Assembly: GCA_964518505.1 (NCBI GenBank)
Contig: CAZFGT010000001.1
Span: 8 to 64,007, forward strand
DNA from: an uncultured Anaerolineaceae bacterium
Lineage (GTDB): Bacteria; Chloroflexota; Limnocylindria; Limnocylindrales; CSP1-4
DNA length: 64,000 nt
Direction: 5' to 3'
The notes below the pieces were generated by a model. It worked only from the letters and a program-made list of their open reading frames with translations, made no database searches and had not been told where the DNA came from. This document shows positions 20,012-29,613 of this stretch, one piece after another (the first letter of the stretch is position 1; each line of letters starts with the position of its first letter). Made by a program: the position numbers and the translations under genes.

Positions 20012-20654
20012 CGGCGGCGGCCGCCGGATCACCGCCCTCCGCGGCCCGATCCTGCGCCTCCAGGAAGCCCGCCACTTCAGCCTCCAGCGGCGGCAGGTCG
20101 GCCAGCGAGGTCAGTCCGAAGCGCTCCAGGAACTCGAAGGTCGTGCCGTACAGGTACGGGCGGCCCGGCGTGTCGGCCCGGCCCTGCTCGCGGATGAGCC
20201 GGCGATGCATCAGCGCGCGCACGACGTAGTCCGAGTCGACGCCCCTGATCCGCTCGATGAGGCCGCGCGTGACGGGCTGGCGGTAGGCCACGATGGCCAG
20301 CGTCTCCAGCCCCGCCGGCGACAGGCGCGCGGGATCGCTGCCCACGTAGCGGGCGATGAGCGCACCGGCCGCGGGTGCGGTCGTAAGCTGCACGGATTCC
20401 TCATCGCTGACGAGCCGGATGCCCCGGTCGCGCAGGGCCACCTCGAGATCGCCCAGCCGTGCGTCGACCGTCTCGGCATCGACCCCCGCGAGGGCCGCGA
20501 TCTCGCGCCGGGACAGCGGCCGCTCGGCGACGAAGAGCAGGGCCTCCAGTTCCGGCACCGAGAGCTCCGCGGCGCCCGGGCCCGGCGTGGCCCCCACGAG
20601 GCGCCCCAGGGCCGCGGCCTCCTGCGGGTCCAGGTCCATCGTGTCGGCGCTCAT
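20004..20654 (-). CDS. scpB: SMC-Scp complex subunit ScpB
   Basis: LEALLFVA, LETLAIVAYRQPVTR, GRPYLYGTT and FGLTSLADLP motifs. Confidence 0.95.
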   Translation of the reverse strand: MSADTMDLDPQEAAALGRLVGATPGPGAAELSVPELEALLFVAERPLSRREIAALAGVDAETVDARLGDLEVALRDRGIRLVSDEESVQLTTAPAAGALIARYVGSDPARLSPAGLETLAIVAYRQPVTRGLIERIRGVDSDYVVRALMHRRLIREQGRADTPGRPYLYGTTFEFLERFGLTSLADLPPLEAEVAGFLEAQDRAAEGGDPAAAADG

Positions 20655-21457
20655 GCGGCGACCGGTCCCGCCGCCGGGCCGGCCGGGTTCGCCAGGCGGC
20701 ACTCGATGGGGCCCCACGGCACGGCCTGCACGGCGACCACCTCGCGGCGCTTCACCAGCTCCAGCAGGGCCAGGAACGTGACGGCCATGAAGACCCGGTC
20801 GCGGCCCGTGCCCAGCAGTTCCTGGAGGACCACGGCCGGCGCCTGAGCCAGCGCGGCACGGATGGCCGCGGCCCGTTCGACCAGGGTCACGCTGCGCGCC
20901 ATCACCCGCGGTGGCTCGACCGGTGGCTGGGCCATCGTGACGAGCGCGGCCAGCGCCTCCACGAGGCGGAGGGGATCCATCGGCGGGGCGGGCGCCAGGC
21001 GCGCGGCGGCCTGGGCATCGGCCGCGGCGGCCGTCCCCTCGCGGTGGAAGAGACGCTCGGGCGAGTCCAGCAGCAGGCCCAGGCGCGCCCCGGCATCACG
21101 GAAGCGGCGGTAGACCAGCAGCCGCTCGCGCAGCTCGGCCTCCGGATCGGGCGCCTCTTCGGGGACCGGCTCCGGCCCCGGCGCGGCCGGCAGCATGGCC
21201 CGCGATTTGATGAGGATGAGGTGGGCGGCCACACTCACGAAGGTGCTGAGATGCGGCAGGCGCTCCCCCGGTAGCGCCGCGAGCGCCTCCAGGTAGGCCC
21301 CGGCCAGGTCGCCCAGCGGCACCGTGAGGATGTCCAGCTGGCGCTGCTCGATGAGGGTCAGGAGCAGGCCCAGGGGGCCGTCGAAAGTGGCCACCTGGAC
21401 CAGCGTGGCGAACTCGGGGCGCGGCTCGTCGATGAAGCGGACGGCCGTGGCCAGCAT
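20651..21457 (-). CDS. scpA: Segregation/condensation protein ScpA
   Basis: FDGPLGLLL, AAHLILIKSRAMLP and VTFLALLEL motifs. Confidence 0.95.
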   Translation of the reverse strand: MLATAVRFIDEPRPEFATLVQVATFDGPLGLLLTLIEQRQLDILTVPLGDLAGAYLEALAALPGERLPHLSTFVSVAAHLILIKSRAMLPAAPGPEPVPEEAPDPEAELRERLLVYRRFRDAGARLGLLLDSPERLFHREGTAAAADAQAAARLAPAPPMDPLRLVEALAALVTMAQPPVEPPRVMARSVTLVERAAAIRAALAQAPAVVLQELLGTGRDRVFMAVTFLALLELVKRREVVAVQAVPWGPIECRLANPAGPAAGPVAA

Positions 21458-21969
21458 CAGTTGGCCTCGTCGGCCAGGCGGAGCGCCTCGCCCAGGTGCG
21501 CGTCGACGCCCGAGGCCGGGTCCAGCGGACCTACCTGGGCGCGGATGAGGGCCGCGGTGTGGGCCGAGCAGCCGGCCGCGAGGGCCAACTCAGCCGAGCG
21601 GTCGGCATGGTCCCGCAGCCGCTCGAAGGGCGCGGCAAAGCCGGGCAAGGCGCCCAGGGTGCCCCGCACGCGGGTCCCGTAGTGCTCACCGAGGCTCCAG
21701 GCCACGCGATGCCACAGCCGGACGGTGGGCCCCTTGGCCACGTCGTGCAGCAGGCCGGCCAGACGCAGATCCGGGTCGTGATACCCGGCCGCGTCGAGGG
21801 TGGCGACCACATCCAGGCCATGGCGCCGGTCGGCGGGAGGCATGGTCAGGAACAGCCGCAGCTGCTCCGTGGTGAGCCACCCCCGGAGGGTCGCCAGCTC
21901 GCCCGCCGAGACGCGGGCGGTCACGTGGCGCAAGGCCTGGCGGCTGCGCTGCCACCACCAGGAGTTCAC
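21457..21969 (-). CDS. HD-domain protein
   Basis: DRRHGLDV...AGLLHDVAKG...HADRSA. Confidence 0.8.
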   Translation of the reverse strand: MNSWWWQRSRQALRHVTARVSAGELATLRGWLTTEQLRLFLTMPPADRRHGLDVVATLDAAGYHDPDLRLAGLLHDVAKGPTVRLWHRVAWSLGEHYGTRVRGTLGALPGFAAPFERLRDHADRSAELALAAGCSAHTAALIRAQVGPLDPASGVDAHLGEALRLADEAN

Positions 21970-21985
21970 GACGACGGCAGGTCCA

Positions 21986-22681
21986 TCAGTAGATCAACCC
22001 GGGCAATCCGGTCAGCGCGGTGAAGATGCCGCCCAGGATCGGCGAGAGGAAGGTGGTCCCGCCGAAGAAGATGAGGATGAAGACGATCAGGAAGCCGTAC
22101 AGGCCCACCTGGGCCTGTACGCGGGTCATGTCCCACGCCACCTGCGGGGGCACGAGGCCCCGCAGGACGGCCCACCCATCGAGGGGCGGGACGGGGATCA
22201 GGTTGAAGATGAAGAGCACGATGTCGATGAATACGAAGATCTGCAGAGCACCGAACAGGAGGCGAGCGGCCTGGTTGCTACCGATCAGGTCCAGCCCCGG
22301 TACTGCGACGATGAACCGGATCAGGACCGCTCCGATGGCGGCCAGGATCAGGTTGGAGACCGGACCGGCCAGGGCCACCCACATCTCGCCACGGCGTCCG
22401 CCACGCAGGTTGGAGGGGTTGACTGGCGTGGGCTTGGCCATGCCGATGGCGAACGTGCCGCCGCTGCCGACGAGCGAGAGCAGGAGCAGGCCGCCGCCCA
22501 TGGGATCGAAGTGGGCGATCGGATCCAGCGTCAGGCGGCCCAGGTAACGGGCGGTGCTGTCGCCAAGGCGGTTGGCCATCCAGGCATGCGAGAACTCGTG
22601 GATGGGGAAGGCGACGAGCAGGAACACCGCCCCGAGCACGATGTCCCGGAAGATGGCCTCCGGGGTCAGGATGTCGCCCAT
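21986..22681 (-). CDS. Site-2 protease (M50 family)
   Basis: HEFSH (HExxH), AGPVSN and NLIPVPPLDG motifs. Confidence 0.93.
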   Translation of the reverse strand: MGDILTPEAIFRDIVLGAVFLLVAFPIHEFSHAWMANRLGDSTARYLGRLTLDPIAHFDPMGGGLLLLSLVGSGGTFAIGMAKPTPVNPSNLRGGRRGEMWVALAGPVSNLILAAIGAVLIRFIVAVPGLDLIGSNQAARLLFGALQIFVFIDIVLFIFNLIPVPPLDGWAVLRGLVPPQVAWDMTRVQAQVGLYGFLIVFILIFFGGTTFLSPILGGIFTALTGLPGLIY

Positions 22682-22694
22682 GTGTGCCGGGTCG

Positions 22695-23396
22695 CTACAG
22701 CCGGCCCAGGAGATCGGCCTTCTTGGCGTCGTACTCCTCCTGGGTGAGGGCGCCCTGGTCGACCAGCGTCTTGAGCTCGGCCAGCGTCCGCGTGACCGAG
22801 GCCGGATCGGCCGGCGCCGGAGTCGCGGCGACGGGCTGCGGCGCGGCCGCGGCCCCCACCGGCGGCGTCGGCAGCCGATGCGCCGCCTCGTCGTCGAGGA
22901 GGTTCTTGGCGTTGAGCATCTCGCGCTTGAACTCGGTCGGACGGGCGAGCATGTGGTAGTCGTCGATGTTGGAATCCTCGGCCGCCGTCAGGATGTTGAG
23001 GTCCCCGTAGCCCAGCAGCCGCCCCAGCAGGTTCTGGTCCAGGATCGCGTCGTTGACCTTCTCCAGCGAGCTGTCCGCGGCATGCTTGTTGAGCACGCCG
23101 TCGACCTTCAGTACCCGCCGATTGGTGATGACGTAGTCCTGCGCCGACCAGCGCCACGCCTGCAGCAGGAACAGCACGAGGCCGACCACGAAGCTGATGA
23201 TCCCGACCCAGCTCAGGACGGTCAGGATGGCGCTGCCGCCATCGGGATGCAGGACGGCGATGAGGATGACGTCCACGATCGTCACGGCCCACGCCAGCAT
23301 GGCGTAGCGCGCGTCGAGCAGAAGCGCCAGGGCGTGCTGGCGGGAACGGTAGACGACGACCTCGCCATCGGCCAGCAGGGTGTCGGCGTAACGCAT
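22695..23396 (-). CDS. Membrane protein with bacterial PH (bPH_2) and SHOCT domains
   Basis: Two TM helices, YVITNRRV, GRLLGYGDL, and C-terminal LAELKTLVDQGALTQEEYDAKKADLL. Confidence 0.85.
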   Translation of the reverse strand: MRYADTLLADGEVVVYRSRQHALALLLDARYAMLAWAVTIVDVILIAVLHPDGGSAILTVLSWVGIISFVVGLVLFLLQAWRWSAQDYVITNRRVLKVDGVLNKHAADSSLEKVNDAILDQNLLGRLLGYGDLNILTAAEDSNIDDYHMLARPTEFKREMLNAKNLLDDEAAHRLPTPPVGAAAAPQPVAATPAPADPASVTRTLAELKTLVDQGALTQEEYDAKKADLLGRL

Positions 23397-23414
23397 CGGG
23401 CGGTTCTCCCTCCT

Positions 23415-24368
23415 TCAGGCGCGGGGATGGGCGCGGGCGTAGACCTGCTTGATCCGCTCCCCGGTCAGATGGGTGTACAGCTGCGTGGTGCTGATACTGG
23501 CATGTCCCAGCAGCTCCTGGACCACGCGCAGGTCCGCGCCGCCCTCCAGCAGGTGCGTGGCGAAACTGTGGCGAAGCGTATGCGGAGTGACGTGCCCGTG
23601 CAGCCCCGCCCGTTGCGCGGCGGCCTGCACGGCGCGCCAGGCGGCCATCCGCCCCAGTCGCCGGCCGCGGCTCGACACGAAGAGCGGCCCGCCCCGCGGC
23701 AGGGCCGCGGCGTCGGGCAGCCAGACCGAGCGCGCCGTCGCCTCGTAGGCCGCTAGGGCCGCCAGGGCCGGGTCGCCGACCGGCACCAGTCGCTCGCGAT
23801 CGCCCTTGCCGATGACCCGCACGTAGCCACCCTCCGCGGAGAGGTCCTGCCGGTCCAGGGCCGTCGCCTCGCCGATGCGCAGGCCGGAGGCATAGAGCAG
23901 CTCCAGCAGGGCGTGATCGCGCATCGCGGCTGGGTCGTCGCCCACGCTCGCATCCAGGAGCTGGATGACCTCGTCGGCGGCCAGGGGGTCCGGCAGGCGG
24001 CGGCCCGGGCGAGGCAGGTCCAGGCGACCGGCCACGTCCACGTCGATGAGGCCCTCGGCGAAGGCGAAACGGTAGAAGGCGCGAATCGCCGCCGCGCGTC
24101 GCCGCCGGGTGGCGGGACGGAGGGGCACCGGAGGGTCGCCGAGACCGGACAGGTACGTGCGCGCCGGCTCGACCGACCTGCCCCATGCTCCCACGTCGGG
24201 CGAGGTGGCCCCGAACGCGCGGAGGTCGGAGGCATACGCGGAGCGCGTGCGCGGGGAGAGGCCGCGCTCGACGCGGAGGTAGACGAGATACGCCGCCACG
24301 GCCGCCTGGTAGGCAGGTGGCCCGACCGTCCCCAGGGGTCCGACCCCCACCGGCCCCGCCTGGCTCAC
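23415..24368 (-). CDS. xerD: Chromosomal tyrosine recombinase XerD
   Basis: YASGLR, GKGDRER, HTLRHSFATH, LGHASISTTQLYT; lies in the tlyA-nadK housekeeping operon. Confidence 0.88.
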   Translation of the reverse strand: MSQAGPVGVGPLGTVGPPAYQAAVAAYLVYLRVERGLSPRTRSAYASDLRAFGATSPDVGAWGRSVEPARTYLSGLGDPPVPLRPATRRRRAAAIRAFYRFAFAEGLIDVDVAGRLDLPRPGRRLPDPLAADEVIQLLDASVGDDPAAMRDHALLELLYASGLRIGEATALDRQDLSAEGGYVRVIGKGDRERLVPVGDPALAALAAYEATARSVWLPDAAALPRGGPLFVSSRGRRLGRMAAWRAVQAAAQRAGLHGHVTPHTLRHSFATHLLEGGADLRVVQELLGHASISTTQLYTHLTGERIKQVYARAHPRA

Positions 24369-25213
24369 GGCGGAAGCAGCTCCACCTTGCGGCGCAGCAG
24401 GTCCCAGAACGAGGGCGTGCCGGGGGGCTGCATGAAGCGGATGGGCCGCTCGCGGGCATGCACCTGGACGCTATCACCGACCGCCAGGGCCAGGTCGGTC
24501 TGGCCGTCGATGCTGACCATCACGTCGTAGGCGGCCTCCACCCGCACGGTCACGGTGTGGCGGGGGCTGACGACGATGGAATGGATGCCCGCCAGGTAGG
24601 CGGCGATCGGCGTCACGACCAGGTTCCGGCTGCCGGGATCCAGGATCGGCCCGCCGGCGCTGAAGGAGTAGCCGGTCGAGCCGGTCGGGGTGGCGACCAC
24701 CAGTCCGTCGGCCCGATAGGTCGCCAGGTGCGTCTCGTCGATGGCCACATCAAGGCGGATGAGGCGGGGGGACGATCCGCGCACGATGGCGGCTTCGTTG
24801 AGGGCGACGAAGTGCGCCGCGGTCGTGGTGGTCGCCCCTCCCGGCGCGGGCACGACCCTGACCTCCAGGGCCATCCGCGACTCGGCCTCGAAGGCGCCGT
24901 CACGGGCCTGGCCGAGCACCGCCTCCAGCTGGTCCGCCTCCGCCCGGGCGAGGAAGCCGACCTTGCCGGTGTTGACCCCCAGGAGCGGCACGTCCGTGTT
25001 GGCCAGGGCGCTCACGGCCCGCAGGATCGTCCCGTCGCCGCCCAGGATGAGCAGCAGCTCGGTGCCCGGGAGATTGGTGCGCACCAGGGCCGTATCGGCC
25101 CCAGGCGAGGTCCAGACGGCGAGGTCGTGCCGCGTGCACCACGCGACGGCCCGCTCCAGGAGCGCCACGGCGAGCGGATTCGTGGCGTTGAAGACGATGC
25201 CCAGGCGGTTCAT
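24365..25213 (-). CDS. nadK: NAD(+) kinase
   Basis: GGDGT, NE, and DGLVVATPTGSTGYSFSAGGP motifs. Confidence 0.95.
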   Translation of the reverse strand: MNRLGIVFNATNPLAVALLERAVAWCTRHDLAVWTSPGADTALVRTNLPGTELLLILGGDGTILRAVSALANTDVPLLGVNTGKVGFLARAEADQLEAVLGQARDGAFEAESRMALEVRVVPAPGGATTTTAAHFVALNEAAIVRGSSPRLIRLDVAIDETHLATYRADGLVVATPTGSTGYSFSAGGPILDPGSRNLVVTPIAAYLAGIHSIVVSPRHTVTVRVEAAYDVMVSIDGQTDLALAVGDSVQVHARERPIRFMQPPGTPSFWDLLRRKVELLPP

Positions 25214-25980
25214 GCGGCCACCGGCGGGCGGCGCAGGTGCAGGAAGATCTCGATGTTGCCGGCCGGCCCCGGCAGGCCCGACACGGCCTCGCCGCGAACC
25301 TCCAGACCAAGCGCGCGAGCCGCCCCGGCGACCCGTTCGACCGCTGCCGCGCGCACCCCGGCGTCACGTACGACGCCCTTGGGCACGTCCCCGGGGCGCG
25401 ATTCGAACTGCGGCTTGACGAGCACCACGAGCTCCCCACCGGGCACGACCTGGGCCGCCATCCCCGGCAGCAGGCGGGTCAGCGAGATGAACGAGACGTC
25501 GGCCACGACCAGCGTGATGGGCTCCGGCAGGCGGATGGCCTCGGCATCGGCCGGCTCCAGCCGGCGGGCGTGGGTCCGTTCCATGCTGGTCACCCGCGGG
25601 TCCGCGCGGAGCGCCTCGGCCAACTGTCCTCGGCCCACGTCGAGAGCATAGACATGGCGGGCGCCGCGCTGCAACAGGCAGTCGGTGAAGCCGCCGGTGC
25701 TGGCCCCGACGTCCAGGCAGACGCGATCGCGCGGCTCCACCCCGAACGCATGGAGGGCACCTGCCAGCTTCTCCCCGCCGCGCGAGACGTACGGCGGTGG
25801 CTGGTCCAGGGTGACGGGCGTGTCAGCGGCGACCAGGTCGCCCGGCTTGCGGTCGCGACGGGCGGCGGGTCCGTCCCCGACGCGGACACGCCCGGCCAGG
25901 AGGAGGGCCTGTGCCTGGGCCCGGCTTGCGACGAGGCCGCGGGCAAGGATGAGCTGGTCCAGCCGGGTGCGAGCCGGCAC
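25210..25980 (-). CDS. tlyA: TlyA family rRNA methyltransferase
   Basis: S4-like N-terminus, YVSRGGEKL, DVGASTGGFTD and VKPQFE motifs. Confidence 0.95.
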   Translation of the reverse strand: MPARTRLDQLILARGLVASRAQAQALLLAGRVRVGDGPAARRDRKPGDLVAADTPVTLDQPPPYVSRGGEKLAGALHAFGVEPRDRVCLDVGASTGGFTDCLLQRGARHVYALDVGRGQLAEALRADPRVTSMERTHARRLEPADAEAIRLPEPITLVVADVSFISLTRLLPGMAAQVVPGGELVVLVKPQFESRPGDVPKGVVRDAGVRAAAVERVAGAARALGLEVRGEAVSGLPGPAGNIEIFLHLRRPPVAA

Positions 25981-26003
25981 GCTGGTGCTCCGGTCGGCGG
26001 TGG

Positions 26004-28001
26004 TCAGGCCGTGCGCCTGGCTGGCCGCCGGGCCGCCGTGGCGCTGGGCCGGGCGCCGACGGTCGCCAGCGCCTCGGCCAGCTGCTCGACCAGGCCGTCG
26101 ACGTCCAGACGCAGGATGCGACGCAGGTCGGCCGCCGATCCGTGATCCACGAACTGCTCGCCCGAAAGGCCGATGAGGTGCACCGGCACCGACCGCAGGC
26201 CCGGATCTTCCAGGCCCGCCTCCGCCAGCGCCTCGAGCACGCCAGCCCCGAACCCGCCGGTGATGACGCTCTCCTCCACGGTGGCCACCAGCTGCCGCCC
26301 GGCGGCATGGGTGACGATGAGCTGTCGGTCGAGCGGCTTGGCGAACCGGGCGTTGATCACCCCGACGGACCAGCCATCCAGGCCGAGCCGGTCGGCCGCC
26401 TCCATGGCGCGCTGGACGATGGGCCCGAAGGCGACGATGAGGAGGTCCTGGCCGGCGCGCAGCAGCTCACCCTGGCCCACCGGGATGGGATCGGGAGCGA
26501 CGGCCGGCAGGTCCAGACCCGCGTCGCGCGGGTAGTGGAGGGCGAAGGGATGGTCCTGCCCGAACGCGGTGCGCAGCAGGCGGCGCAGCTCCTGCTCGTC
26601 CTTCGGCGAGGCGATGACCAGGTGCGGCAGCTGGCGCTGCGCGGGGATCGTGAACATGCCCTGGTGGCTCGTGCCGTCCTCGCCGACGATGCCGGCCCGG
26701 TCCACCCCCAGGACGACCGGCTGGTCGTTCTGGCAGATGTCGTGGACGGTCTGGTCGAAGGCGCGCTGCAGGAACGTGGAGTAGATGGCCACGAACGGCC
26801 GCATGCCGCCGAGCGCGAGGCCCGTCGCCAGCGTCAGGGCGTGCTGCTCAGCGATGCCCACGTCGTACATGCGGTGGGGGAACTCACCGGCGAAGCGGTT
26901 CAGGCCGGTGCCGGTGGGCATGCCGGCGGTGATGGCCACGACCCGCGGATCCTCGCGCGCGATGGCCAGCAACTCGGCGACCGCGACCGCCGTGTAGTTG
27001 GGTGGCCGCTTGAGGGCAGCCGCGGCCTGCGCGGCGGACGGGGTGGCGTCGCCGTCACTCGTGCCGGGGGCGGAGGGCGGCGGCAGGACGGCCATCGGCG
27101 GCAACGCCGCACCATGGAAGCTGACCTGGTCGGCCTCAGCCGGCCGGAAGCCGTGCCCCTTCTGGGTCCGCACGTGGACGATGACGGGACCCTCGTTGGT
27201 GAGGGCGCGCCGGAAGGTCGCGTCCAGGGCCTGCAGGTCGTGCCCCGGGACCGGGCCGATGTAGGTGATGCCCAGGTCCTCGAAGAGCTGGCCCGGCTGC
27301 ACGAACTGGACGACCGAGGCCCGCAGGCGCCGCGAGATCTCCAGGGCCTGCTCGCCCACCAGCGGCAGCCGCCGGATGGCCCGGTCGTAGGCGCGCTTGG
27401 ACCCCCGCCACGTCTTCGACAGCTTGATCCGCGAGAGGTACTGGCTGAGCGCCCCCACGGTCGGCGAGATGCTCATCTCGTTGTCGTTGAGGACGATCAT
27501 CATGCGCGTCTGGCGGTGGCCAAGGTCGTTGAGCGCCTCCAGCGAGAGGCCGCTGATGAGGGCCGCATCGCCGACCACGACCGCCACGCGCTCCGTCCCG
27601 CCACGCTCGTCCCGGGCCAGGGCCAGGCCTTCCGCGATGGACAGGCCGGTACCGGCATGGCCGCCGTCGAAGACGTCGTGCGGACTCTCCGCGCGGCGCG
27701 GGAAGCCACTGATGCCGCCCAGCTGGCGAAGCGTCCCGAAGCGTTCCAGGCGGCCGGTCAGCAGCTTGTGCGGGTACGCCTGGTGGCCGGTGTCCCACAC
27801 GACGTGGTCACGGGGGCTGTCCATCAGCCGGTGGAGGGCCACGGCGATCTCGACGACACCGAGCGAGCTGCCCAGGTGGCCGCCCGTGCGAGCCACCGTG
27901 GCGATGATCGTGGTGCGCAACTCGGTGCACAACTGAGCCAGCTCGTCGTCCGACAGCTTGCGCAGGTCGGCCGGCCCCTGGAGCGAGGCAAGGATGCTCA
28001 C
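26004..28001 (-). CDS. dxs: 1-deoxy-D-xylulose-5-phosphate synthase
   Basis: GGHLGSSLG, WDTGHQAY, GDAAL, DVGIAEQH and GEDGTSHQG motifs; GTG start at 28001. Confidence 0.96.
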   Translation of the reverse strand: MSILASLQGPADLRKLSDDELAQLCTELRTTIIATVARTGGHLGSSLGVVEIAVALHRLMDSPRDHVVWDTGHQAYPHKLLTGRLERFGTLRQLGGISGFPRRAESPHDVFDGGHAGTGLSIAEGLALARDERGGTERVAVVVGDAALISGLSLEALNDLGHRQTRMMIVLNDNEMSISPTVGALSQYLSRIKLSKTWRGSKRAYDRAIRRLPLVGEQALEISRRLRASVVQFVQPGQLFEDLGITYIGPVPGHDLQALDATFRRALTNEGPVIVHVRTQKGHGFRPAEADQVSFHGAALPPMAVLPPPSAPGTSDGDATPSAAQAAAALKRPPNYTAVAVAELLAIAREDPRVVAITAGMPTGTGLNRFAGEFPHRMYDVGIAEQHALTLATGLALGGMRPFVAIYSTFLQRAFDQTVHDICQNDQPVVLGVDRAGIVGEDGTSHQGMFTIPAQRQLPHLVIASPKDEQELRRLLRTAFGQDHPFALHYPRDAGLDLPAVAPDPIPVGQGELLRAGQDLLIVAFGPIVQRAMEAADRLGLDGWSVGVINARFAKPLDRQLIVTHAAGRQLVATVEESVITGGFGAGVLEALAEAGLEDPGLRSVPVHLIGLSGEQFVDHGSAADLRRILRLDVDGLVEQLAEALATVGARPSATAARRPARRTA

Positions 28002-28057
28002 GTCAGGCGGATTGTAGAGGCCGCCCGACTTCGCGCCCGGGGGCTGGTGTTTCGTGG

Positions 28058-28987
28058 TCAGGCGACGCCGGGTCGCGCCATCGACCAAGGGAAGACGGCC
28101 CCGCCGGGCAGCAGCACGAAGGGCGTGGCGACGGGCCGCGCGGTCGCCGTGGCGCGAGGGGCGGCCGCGGGTGCTGCGGTGCGCGGGATGGGCTGGATCG
28201 TGATGAAGCGGCCCTCCCACACCATGTGCACGCGCGCGTAATGGAACGGGGTGAAGAACGTCCGGAAGGCGGCCGCGGAGAGCTTCGTGTCGGGCGGCAT
28301 GTCGTAGCCGTTGACGCTCTGGCGGCCGTACAGCGGGCCGGTCACGCGGACGCTCGTGACCGTGAAGTCGCTGGTGCGGGCCGGGTCGGCCGTGGCGGTG
28401 AAGCCGTTCAGGACCCAGGCGTGGTTGCCGTGCATGACCGCCAGCGACACGGGCAGGCCCGTCAGGCGCATGCGGGTCACGGCGTCGTGGAGGGCCGCAT
28501 CCAAGCTGGCGTAGGTGACCAACCGGTAGCGGCTGTCGACGTACCGGGCCAGCCCGTCCGCCCACCCCTGGGGATCCGTGCCGTCACTGATGGGGATGGT
28601 GTACCGGTCGTGGGCACGCATGTAGGAGAAGTACCGAGACTGGTCGGCCGTGCTGTGGTCCGTCTGGTGGAACGCCATGTTGGCCATGATCTGGGCGTTG
28701 GCGGCCGTGCACCAGTACCACGTCGCCTGCATCGTGTAGACCCCGGGTCGATACAGGTCGATGCCACCCGTCCACGTGGCCAGGGCCGCTTCGGTCGCTG
28801 ACGCGGGCGTGGTCGCCGGGAGGGGTGCGTCTGCCGCAGGTGCTGCCACCGAAAGGGGCGCTGCGGCGACCGGGGCCGGCGTCGCGGCGGCGCCCCAGGT
28901 CCAGCCTGCGAGCCCCACGGCGAGGGCGGCCAGCACCGCCATGAGCGCACGGTGCCACGATCGGACGCCCCCCGCTCGATCCGTCAT
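28058..28987 (-). CDS. Secreted peptidase C39-like (papain-fold) protein
   Basis: Signal-like N-terminus, QATWYWCTAA (Gln/Cys) and HAWVLNG (His); Pro/Ala/Thr-rich flanks. Confidence 0.65.
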   Translation of the reverse strand: MTDRAGGVRSWHRALMAVLAALAVGLAGWTWGAAATPAPVAAAPLSVAAPAADAPLPATTPASATEAALATWTGGIDLYRPGVYTMQATWYWCTAANAQIMANMAFHQTDHSTADQSRYFSYMRAHDRYTIPISDGTDPQGWADGLARYVDSRYRLVTYASLDAALHDAVTRMRLTGLPVSLAVMHGNHAWVLNGFTATADPARTSDFTVTSVRVTGPLYGRQSVNGYDMPPDTKLSAAAFRTFFTPFHYARVHMVWEGRFITIQPIPRTAAPAAAPRATATARPVATPFVLLPGGAVFPWSMARPGVA

Positions 28988-29090
28988 GCACCCATGGTGC
29001 GCCCCTCAGCCGGATCCCGCCAGCGGCTCGATGGTCCCGTGCGGAGGGTCCGGGCATCGGCGGCGCCCGGGCCAGTGGCGGCCTCCCTGG

Positions 29091-29245
29091 CCCCTAGAGG
29101 CCCGCCTTACCACCCCCATTCATGCATAGGGTCGATCGGGGCCTTAAGCCGGCCCGCTCCTGGCCTTGGGGGCCTCCTTGCGGGCGTAGCGTCCGAACTT
29201 GTGCTCAGACCAGCCATGGAGGGAATACGAACTCGCCCAAGCCCC
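29091..29245 (-). ncRNA. Candidate rod-shaped ncRNA (6S/SsrS-like)
   Basis: Long imperfect hairpin: GUUCGU/GCGGGC, CCUCCAU/AUGGGGG, GGUC/GACC and apical GCCCGC/GCGGGC. G-U wobbles favour the minus strand. No model search was done. Confidence 0.35.
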
Positions 29246-29307
29246 TCGCGCAAGGCGTGCCGCGGGCGTGCCGCGGCCGCTCCGGGGCGCGTCAGGCGGT
29301 CAGGCGG

Positions 29308-29613
29308 TCAGGCGTCCTCGGCGTCGTCGGGGGTGAGGTCGAGTGCCCGCAGGGCCCCGCCGGCCGACTCGACCAGGCGCTGGACACGCAGCTCGGCGTC
29401 GGTGAGCAGTCGGGCGCAGTGCTCGTGCAGGGCCACGCCGCGTTCGTAGAGGGCGATCGACTCCTCGAGCGGCAGGTTGCCCTGCTCCAGTCGGCCCACG
29501 ACCCCCTGGAGCTCGGCGAGGGCGGCGTCGAAGGGCATCTCGGCCACGCCTACGGCCGCGGCCTCGGTCCCGGCGGCTGCGGTGGGGGCGGCGCCGGCGG
29601 CAGGGTCGCTCAT
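29308..29613 (-). CDS. xseB: Exodeoxyribonuclease VII small subunit
   Basis: FDAALAELQGVVGRLEQGNLPLEESIALYERG motif. Confidence 0.93.
   Translation of the reverse strand: MSDPAAGAAPTAAAGTEAAAVGVAEMPFDAALAELQGVVGRLEQGNLPLEESIALYERGVALHEHCARLLTDAELRVQRLVESAGGALRALDLTPDDAEDA

Noticed and set aside
23415-24368. Integrase of a mobile element
   Set aside because: The sequence is XerD-like, it is embedded by overlaps in the tlyA-nadK housekeeping operon, and there are no att sites or cargo.
29250-29312. Short tandem repeats (GCGTGCCGCGG x2, TCAGGCGG x2-3)
   Set aside because: Too short and low-complexity to be distinguished from chance in GC-rich DNA.
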